The position numbers were made by a program, and so were the translations under genes. 64,000 nt of DNA from Guillardia theta CCMP2712 (Eukaryota; Protista; Cryptophyta). Below are positions 12,681 through 20,500 of this stretch, piece after piece; the first letter of the stretch is position 1, and each line of letters begins with the position of its first letter. Below the pieces are notes generated by a model. It did no database searches. It worked only from the letters and a program-made list of their open reading frames with translations, and had not been told where the DNA came from. The stretch covers positions 120,584 to 184,583 of the forward strand of contig NW_005434612.1 in assembly GCF_000315625.1 (NCBI RefSeq), given 5' to 3'.

Positions 12681-12830
12681 TCACACATGGGTCTGGTTAT
12701 ACTTCAACCTGTTCTTCATAGAAAGGATGAAGTACGAGTCAGACACAAGGAAATATTGGCGTGTGGGTCTTCCATGATCCATAATTTCGACGGAAAATTT
12801 AGAATTTTGAAATTTTATGTTTTGTGTCGT
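12681..12830 (+). ncRNA. Candidate Fanzor omegaRNA scaffold
   Basis: Directly 3' of the Fanzor stop. Long hairpin at 12691-12744 (gtctg/cagac, tacttca/tgaagta, cct/agg, ttct/agaa), enclosing pair tcacac/gtgtgg (12681-12686 with 12761-12766), small hairpin gggtc/gatcc, and AT-rich stems (aaaatt/aatttt, ataatttc/gaaattttat). Position matches where TnpB/Fanzor omegaRNAs are encoded. Confidence 0.6.
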
Positions 12831-13001
12831 TTAGCTAATAATCTAGCCGCTGGTAGGATTAGCTTTTCTTTTTTTGGGCCACCCCTCCCACCTTCTCTCC
12901 CCTCCTCGTACTACCCCCTACCCCTGGCTAGAGCGGCCTCGCACCCCCTCGCTCCCTCGCTGCACGTACCCCCCTTTCCCCTCCCCTTCCTCGGCCCTAC
13001 A

Positions 13002-16000
13002 ATGGCAGCGAACCAGGGAGCGCTCCCGTCCTTCATCTGCCCCATCAGCATGGCGCTCATGACCGATCCTGTCACCAGCTGCGATGGCCACACCTACCAG
13101 AGATCCTCCATCGAGACCTGGCTCCGCCATCGTCTCTCCAGCCCCCTCACCGGCGCCCTCCTCCCCTCCGACCACCTTGTCCCCAACCTCGCTCTCCGCA
13201 GCGCCATCCAGGAGTGGCAGGAGCGACACGCGCTGCTCGTCCCCAGACACGACGTGGAGATGGAGCGGCAGCCTATCTCAGCAGGCTCCTCCCAGACCCT
13301 CTACATAGGTCACCTCCGCCTGCGAGGAAGGAGAGCAGGGCCCGGCAAGATCAAGGTAGCCGTGCTCAAGCTCAGGCAAGACGACGGCGGCAGACAAGCC
13401 GCGGTCATGCTGAGGCTCGGGCCGCATCCTCGGCTTGTACGCTACATGGGGCAGAGCGAGGACGCCGACGGCTGTCCCCTGCTGCTGACCGAGCTCGCCG
13501 AGCTGGGGTCGCTGAGGGAGGCTCTGCTGGGGAGGCTGGCGGGGCAGGTGACGCGAGGGCACCAGACGGCGATGATGCAGCAGATCGCGCAGGGGATGGA
13601 GCACCTGGCTGAGCAGCGTGTCGTGCACCGGGACCTCGCGGCTCGGCACGTGCTGGTGATGGGCTTCGACAAGGAGGACGTGCGGAGGACGTCGGTGAAG
13701 GTGGCGGGGTACGGGCGGGCAGCGGAGCTGGTGGACGGCAGTGACGGGAGGGTAGCGGGGAGAGCGCTGCCAGTGCGGTACATGCCCCCAGAGTGCATGC
13801 AGAGAGGCCGGTGCTCGGAGAAGAGCGACGTGTGGGCCTACGGGGTCACGTGCTGGGAGATCCTGACCTCGGGCATGACCCCCTATTACCCCATGACGGA
13901 CCCGACTGTGATCGGGTACGTGTGCGGGGGTGGGAGGCTGCCTCGAGAGCACCTCCTCGGAGGATGCCCGGACGGGTTGTGGGCCGTGCTTGAGAGCTGC
14001 TGGGCGACGAGGGAGGAGGACCGCCCCACGTTCGCCGAGCTTGCGGTAGCTGTAGGAAGAGCCGGAGCCGAGGGGGATGAGGGGGCTGCTGCATGGACAT
14101 GGTCAGACAGGACGCCTGGACAGCAGCGGGCAGGGGCCGGCAACCAGTCACTATGCCGAGGCATACGCAGCATGGCAGAAGCTGCATGGAGAAGGATCGG
14201 AGAGGCAGCGGGGGGAGGGATCGAGGCGGTGGCGAGGAGAATCAGGACGCGCAAGTACGGAGAGCTCGTGGAGCTGCAAGAGTCAGCTTGCACCGCCTTG
14301 GAGTCCACGGGGAGTGACGCTCTCAGCTCGCTGAGGACGGGAGCTCAGGCGCTGCCGGTCGGGGCGTCGGCAGCGGTAGGGGCACAAGACAGCAGCGGGA
14401 TAGAGCAGCCGGCAAGGGAGGCATGGAGGCTGCTGAGGACGGGAGCTGACGACAGCATAGAGGCGGTGATGCAGGAGATGAGGACGTACGAGGCTCTCGC
14501 GGAGGTACAGCAGGCTGCGTGCAAAGCCTTGGTCAGCATGGCTCAGAACGGGGAGGCTGACAAGGTCAAGGCGCGGGAGGCGGGAGCGATCGAGGCCGTC
14601 GTCAGCGCCATGTCCACGCACGCTGACGACGCTGGTGTACAGCAGGCTGCGTGCTGGGCCCTGAAGAACACTGTAAGCTTGATGAAAGAGAGCCAGGCAC
14701 GGGCGCGAGAGGCGGGAGCGATCAAGGCCGTCGTCAGCGCCATGTCCACGCACGCAGACGATGCGGGGGTACAGCAGGCTGCGTGCGAGGCCCTGGTTCT
14801 CACTGTCAGGTTCAGCGAAGAGAGCCAGGCACGGGCGCGAGAGGCGGGAGCGATCGAGGCTGTCATGAGATGCCTCGACAGGCATGCGGACGACTTGAAA
14901 GTACAGCAGGCTGCGTGCAAGGCCCTAATGCACACAATGCAGTACATCCGACACCAGGGCACAGCGAGAGATGCAGGAGCGATCGAGGCCGTCGTCAGCG
15001 CTATGACCAGGCACGAGAGCAACGCAAAGATACAGCAAGGTCTATGCGAGGCGATGACAGCGATAGCAAAGAGCCACGAGCAGAACAAGCTCCCGGCCAT
15101 GCAGGCGGGAGCCATCGAGGCCGTTGTCAGCGCCATGTCCACGCACGCGGAAGACGCTGGGGTACAAAGATCTTCTTGTGAAGCACTTCAGAGCATGACG
15201 AAGGGCATGGCTGACCGCCGGGCGCGGGCGCGGGCGCGGGAGGCGGGAGCGATCGAGGCCGTCGTCAGCGCCATGTCCACGCACGCGGACGAGATGTACT
15301 TGCATTGGTCAGCATGCAAAGCGCTCCAGAGCATGACGAAGGACATGGCTGACAGCCAGGCGCGGGCGCGGGAGGCGGGAGCGATCGAGGCCGTCGTCAG
15401 CGCCATGTCCACGCACGCGGAAGACGCTGGGGTACAAGGATCCTCTTGTGAAGCACTTCAGAGCATGACGAAGGACATGGCTGACAGCCAGGCGCGGGCG
15501 CGGGAGGCGGGAGCGATCGAGGCCGTCGTCAGCGCCATGTCCACGCACGCGGACGACCGATGGATACAGCGTGACGGATGCAAGGCTTTGCACAGCATGA
15601 CGAAGGACATGGCTGACAGCCGGGCGCGGGCGCGGGAGGCGGGAGCGATCGAGGCCGTCGTCAGCGCCATGTCCACGCACGCGGACGACCAATGGCTACA
15701 GCGTGGCGGATGCAAGGCCTTGTACAGCATGACGAAGGACATGGCTGACAGCCGGGCGCGGGCGCGGGAGGCGGGAGCGATCGAGGCCGTCGTCAGCGCC
15801 ATGTCCACGCACGCGGACGACCGATTGATACAGAGTGAAGGATGCAAGGCCTTGCGCAGTATGACGAAGGACATGGCTGACAGCCGGGCGCGGGCGCGGG
15901 AGGCGGGAGCGATCGAGGCCGTCGTCAGCGCCATGTCCACGCACGCGGACGACCAATGGCTACAGCGTGGCGGATGCAAGGCTTTGCACAGCATGACGAA

Positions 16001-16259
16001 GGACATGGCTGACAGCCAGGCGCGGGCGCGGGAGGCGGGAGCGATCGAGGCCGTCGTCAGCGCCATGTCCACGCACGCGGACGACCGATTGATACAGAGT
16101 GACGGATGCAAGGCCTTTCGCAGCATGACGGGAGGGTGGAGGGGCATGAGAGGAGAAGGAGCTGTTCTCGTGGTGCTTGAGCCGCTTGATGGCAGCAGGA
16201 GTCCAAGTCAAGGCTCAAATGCCTCTAGCGCTCACAGATGCTCGCTTGACGCTGCTTGA
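13002..16259 (+). CDS. U-box E3 ligase domain + tyrosine-kinase-like (pseudo)kinase + armadillo-repeat protein
   Basis: U-box FICPISMALMTDPV..CDGHTYQRSSIETWL....SPLTG...LVPNLALRSAIQEW. Kinase motifs HRDLAARHVLV, LPVRYMPPE, SDVWAYGVTCWEI and CW...EDRPTF. About 12-13 ARM repeats (GAIEAVVSAMSTH...VQQAACxAL). Likely start is ATG 13002, since the ORF-track extension to 12687 runs through the omegaRNA. The 3' end may be spliced near 16136. Confidence 0.85.
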   Translation: MAANQGALPSFICPISMALMTDPVTSCDGHTYQRSSIETWLRHRLSSPLTGALLPSDHLVPNLALRSAIQEWQERHALLVPRHDVEMERQPISAGSSQTLYIGHLRLRGRRAGPGKIKVAVLKLRQDDGGRQAAVMLRLGPHPRLVRYMGQSEDADGCPLLLTELAELGSLREALLGRLAGQVTRGHQTAMMQQIAQGMEHLAEQRVVHRDLAARHVLVMGFDKEDVRRTSVKVAGYGRAAELVDGSDGRVAGRALPVRYMPPECMQRGRCSEKSDVWAYGVTCWEILTSGMTPYYPMTDPTVIGYVCGGGRLPREHLLGGCPDGLWAVLESCWATREEDRPTFAELAVAVGRAGAEGDEGAAAWTWSDRTPGQQRAGAGNQSLCRGIRSMAEAAWRRIGEAAGGGIEAVARRIRTRKYGELVELQESACTALESTGSDALSSLRTGAQALPVGASAAVGAQDSSGIEQPAREAWRLLRTGADDSIEAVMQEMRTYEALAEVQQAACKALVSMAQNGEADKVKAREAGAIEAVVSAMSTHADDAGVQQAACWALKNTVSLMKESQARAREAGAIKAVVSAMSTHADDAGVQQAACEALVLTVRFSEESQARAREAGAIEAVMRCLDRHADDLKVQQAACKALMHTMQYIRHQGTARDAGAIEAVVSAMTRHESNAKIQQGLCEAMTAIAKSHEQNKLPAMQAGAIEAVVSAMSTHAEDAGVQRSSCEALQSMTKGMADRRARARAREAGAIEAVVSAMSTHADEMYLHWSACKALQSMTKDMADSQARAREAGAIEAVVSAMSTHAEDAGVQGSSCEALQSMTKDMADSQARAREAGAIEAVVSAMSTHADDRWIQRDGCKALHSMTKDMADSRARAREAGAIEAVVSAMSTHADDQWLQRGGCKALYSMTKDMADSRARAREAGAIEAVVSAMSTHADDRLIQSEGCKALRSMTKDMADSRARAREAGAIEAVVSAMSTHADDQWLQRGGCKALHSMTKDMADSQARAREAGAIEAVVSAMSTHADDRLIQSDGCKAFRSMTGGWRGMRGEGAVLVVLEPLDGSRSPSQGSNASSAHRCSLDAA
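14586..16130 (+). repeat. Tandem 132-bp (44-aa) ARM-coding repeats
   Basis: Anchor gcgatcgaggccgtcgtcagcgccatgtccacgcacgc recurs at 15249, 15381, 15513, 15645, 15777, 15909 and 16041 (exact 132-bp period), with more diverged copies at 14586, 14718, 14850, 14979 and 15111. Confidence 0.95.
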
Positions 16260-16289
16260 CACATGCGTGCTCCAGCAGGTGCTCTCCCA

Positions 16290-17125
16290 AAGAGCTCCTC
16301 CGAGACTCCAACAAGGTCCCGAAATCAGCACCGGTCGACTCTTTTCAAGCACCATTAGTATCTTGTTCGAACGATCGTGGAAGAGTGCTGGGGCCTGGTG
16401 GAGGCGAGCAGGGCGAGGGAGTCGGGCTCGTACAACGAGGAGTCAAGATAGAAGGAGGCGATCGAGCTGTCGAACCGAGTCAAGGAAATGGCGATCAACA
16501 AGCTGAGAGCAGAGCAAGAGGCTGTGCGGGATGTACGGCTTGTCGATGTGAAGGTCGGGCCAGCACGGGGAGCCACCGACAGTGACGGCGTTGGTACGAG
16601 GACAGGGGGAGCTGATCGGGCTGCTGAAGGCGGCCGGATACAACATGGACGAGCGGACAGAGGACGGGAGGACAGGGATGCATGTAGCGGGGATGCTGGG
16701 GAGGGCGGGGAGCGTCAGGGAGCTGATCGAGGCAGGAGCAGAGGCAGGAGCGAAGGACAGGGCAGGGAAGACGATGGTGCACTGGGCGGCGGAGTATGGG
16801 CATGTGGAGGTGCTGAGGACGGTAGAGGAACAACGCAGGAAAAAGACTCTGAACAACTTGATGTTGAAAAAGGACTCTGACGGCAGGACATGCGCGCACT
16901 ATGCGAGTGCGGGAGGGCACTTGGAGGTAGTGCGGTATGTTGCAGAGACATGCGGGGAGGAGGTGCTGAGGGAGAAGGACAATGACGCCGCAGTGCGCGC
17001 ACAAGGCGAGTATGGGAGGGCACATGGAGGTGGTGCGGTATAATGTAGAGACATGACAGTGCGGCCCCCCGGGGAGGAGGTGCTGAGGGAGAAGGACAAG
17101 CACGGCAGGACTTGCTTGACTTTGA
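16290..17125 (+). pseudogene. Degenerate ankyrin-repeat gene fragment
   Basis: ANK repeats GRTGMHVAGMLG, GKTMVHWAAEYGHVEVL and GRTCAHYASAGGHLEVVRYVAETCGEEVLREKD in ORF 16582-17043. The upstream frame has an in-frame TAG (~16449), and there are frameshifts near 16560-16580 and 16990-17070. Confidence 0.65.
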
Positions 17126-17542
17126 CTCGTGTATTATCTTATTTATTAGAATCGCTGTCATACCTATCAGAGCCCTAGTAAAAGCGAGCTCACCTCAGAC
17201 TGGACCTTCTTCTCTTCGTTTGATCTGGCGATTTCTGCCCCGGGACCGGGTGTAGCTGAAGCCGCTGAGCACCGGGCCGCGGCCCCGGGGCCCCGGGGCC
17301 CCGGGGCCCGGCCAATCTTTGGCACAGTGCCGGTGTATTGGCCCTTTACTACGTTTCCAACTTTGAAGTTTGGAGGGTGTAAGTTCTTCATGCACATGTC
17401 ATAGAAAAGTTTCTAGGAGAACAAACTCCATGGCCCGCCAGGATCCACGGGCGGCGAGAGGCGGGAAGGCAGCGATGGAAATGGTGGGAGGAATCTGAGG
17501 AGAAGGAGGAGAGGAGAAGCACTTGAGAAGAAGCCGAACATC

Positions 17543-20500
17543 ATGAGCCTCCCATCCAGAGACAGGGACCTCAGCTCGCAGAGGGACCTCACCCCTCAAA
17601 GCACTCCAGCCAGGAGCACCTCTAGAAATTCTCGAGCGCGAACAGACGTTGACATGTACAGCCCAACACCGAATGGCGAAGGCCAGGCAGACATGTTCTC
17701 CTCAGTCGATGCTGCTGCCCAAGAGATCAAGCGCGAATTGAACGTACAGGTATTTCTTGCTTTGAGGTGGTGGAAGCGTCCAGTCTGAGTTGATGGCACA
17801 GGGCGAGATGGTCAGAGACAACCGCGACCGTGTCGAAGCCATGCGGAAGCAACTCAAGAGATTCCAGCAAATCACGGCAGACAACGACAAGGAGATCAAA
17901 GCTCTTCGAGCTGAGCGATTCAAGATGATGAGCGAAATGGCAGAGGTCGCACCTGAGAGTACCATCAAGTTTGCGTCGGAGGAAGACACCATGAGGCGCA
18001 ACTTTTCCAAGTCTTCATTTCTAGTGCCGCATGCTGACTTTTCTCACGAAGAGCAGAAAGAGCTAGAGAGCCGGGTCCTTGAAGACGAGAGCGAGATGGA
18101 GGAGTCTCGCACAGGGAGTGATTCTGACAGCGAGGTTGGAAGCGTGTGTGGAAATACGGGAATATCTGAAGATTTCGATTACGAAATTGATTCTATACCG
18201 TCAATCAAGCAGTACAGATCTCAAATATGTGAGCCGAAAGCTAGAGAGCAAGACACAGAGAACATCGCCTTAAATATCAGCATCGACTATACTTTCGGTT
18301 ATGGCATTCGCGGTGTTAGCAATAACCTGTTTTGGACAGCCAGCCGTCATTTCGTATATTTTGTCAGCTCTTTTGGTGTGGTGCAGGATCCAATATCTTT
18401 GGAGCAGCGTCACTTCATTGGGCATAGGCAACAGATAAATTGCATCTGCCTGCATCCCGATGGATGTACTGTGGCTACGGGAGAAAAGGCGCTCGAACCG
18501 AAAGTGTATGTGTGGGACAGTAGTAGTGCATTTCCGAACCCAAAGGCTGCACCTATTCAAGGCTTTCACACCAAGGGTATACGATCTATGTGTTTTGGGA
18601 AGGACGGCAGATATCTATTCATCGTCGGTTGCGATGAAAACAACACCATCAGCATGTATGATTGGAGAGCAGGACAAATCTTGTGTTCAGAATTCGGGGG
18701 AAAAGGCTCCATTTTGATGGTTCGATGCAATCTTTTTGATGGAGACTTTGCCACGGTTGGCCCGCGTCACATGAGATTATGGAAATTAGTAGTTTCAACC
18801 GGCATGGAGTACATTAGCGGGTCTACACCCATGAGCACTTGGCAAAAGAAATTGAAATGGGAAAACGGTGTTTTTGGTCGTCATGGAAGGGACAAGTCAC
18901 ATACATTGTTGTGCGTTGATTTTGTTGGACCGGGTATCACAGTGACTGGTTCCAAGGCCGGTGAAATATTTGTTTGGAAAGGATTAGTGTTGGTTCAGAG
19001 TGTACAAGCACATAGGGGACCAGTGTTTTCTCTAGCAGTCACCCCCATGGAGAGCTTTTGTCTGGTCAATAGTGGTGGAAAAGATGGGCGTGTGGGATCA
19101 TGGATTTATGATTCGAGTTTAAGGATTTCGGAAACATTTGTAGAGCTTCCTAACAACTATCAAAACACTGTTCGTGCAATGAGTCGGCACTCGACTACAA
19201 ACGAAATTCTTGTTGGAACCGCTGCTGGGATAATTCTGAAGCTGAGCATGAATTCTGATTTGGCATGGAAGACTGTTGTAGATGGGCACGGACGAGGAAC
19301 CTTGAATGCAATTTCAGTTCACTCCAGCGGGCAAATGTTTGTTAGCGGTGGGTCAGATGCAGTATTATACTTGTGGCAAATTCGACATTCGGAAGCCCTT
19401 TGGAAATGTGTGCTTGCAAATTCAATCTCTAGCGTTGCTTATTCACCTGATTGCTCCAGAATAGCGTGTGGAATGGAGAAAGGTGGGGGTATTATCGTTT
19501 CACAAACTCCTTCAAAACGTCTTTCGGTAACAAGTTACAAATGGGCAGAAAACTTGAAGTTTCCGATCTCAATTATTTCTTACTCTCCTGATGGTGGATT
19601 GCTTGCATTTTCATGCAAGAACAAAATTGAAATTATCAGCTCGAATTCCACCAGAGTGAAGCTTGGATCTTTTGGGCACCATCATTCGTCAGTGAAATCC
19701 ATTGATTGGTCTTCGGATGGGGAGTATATAGTTAGCAGTGCTGAGAATTATGAATTGCTCTTTTGGTCGCGTTCATCGTGTTCACCAGTTTTTGCATCGA
19801 GTCTGGCTGAATTGTACTATCCAGACAATCGTCCCTCATGGAAAACCTGGACTTCTAGGCTGGGGTGGCCAGTCCTTGGATTGATCGCCGACAATGAGGA
19901 TGAAAATAAGATTGCCTCATTATCCCGAGATTCGACTGTAAATAGATGTGCCGTCGGATACATTGATGGAAACATTCGTTTGGTCCCTTATCCCTGTGAG
20001 ACGTCTTTCGGATCGTGGAAAGGTCAAAAGCACATTGGACCTGTTTCCAACGTGGTTTTCTGTACCGAGTTAGATGAAGAAAGGGAAACTGTAAATGCTC
20101 GAACTTCTCTGCTGTCAGCAGGTCTTTTGGATATCTGTTTATGTATGTGGAAGGTGTACAAAGCAAGTGATGAGCTTCATGATGTCGATTCTAACTTCAA
20201 GAACGTCAGAGAGCAGCACGAGGAGGTTCATCGATACATTGAACTTTCTTCTCTTTATCTGGAACAAGTCGCAAGTGAGGTAGATCCTGTATTACATCAA
20301 GAGCCGGATGAATTTGAATCGGTGAGGCCCTTTGCGCAATCTATCTACCCTCCAACAAGTTACACCTACAGTGACCTAATTCAGCACAAGCTCCAAAGAA
20401 TTCGAATATGTGGGCTGACATGTTTACATGGAGATTCAATTCTTCTCGGAAAAAGGGACTCGACTGTTTTGTATGCAGCGGATGGTCTTTGCATTGTGCA

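Larger units (their letters stand above)
10277..12830 (+). mobile_element. Fanzor-carrying non-autonomous mobile element (boundaries tentative)
   Basis: AT-richer island containing the Fanzor gene. Left end TTAA|GTGACACA...CGTCGAAAT (10273-10327) is an imperfect inverted match to right end ATTTCGACG...TGTGTCGT|TTAG (12784-12834). No transposase ORF seen. Confidence 0.5.

Noticed and set aside
12687-13001. 105-aa N-terminal extension of the U-box ORF given by the ORF track
   Set aside because: It overlaps the structured Fanzor 3' region and a C-rich tract. The U-box starts right after ATG 13002.
15249-16130. CRISPR-like repeat/spacer appearance of the 132-bp (and 126-bp) arrays
   Set aside because: Units are in-frame protein repeats whose variable parts are homologous to each other. 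No cas genes, eukaryotic context.
14283-16211. Several antisense repetitive ORFs (e.g. 14543-15142, 15458-16147)
   Set aside because: Antisense shadows of the ARM repeats.
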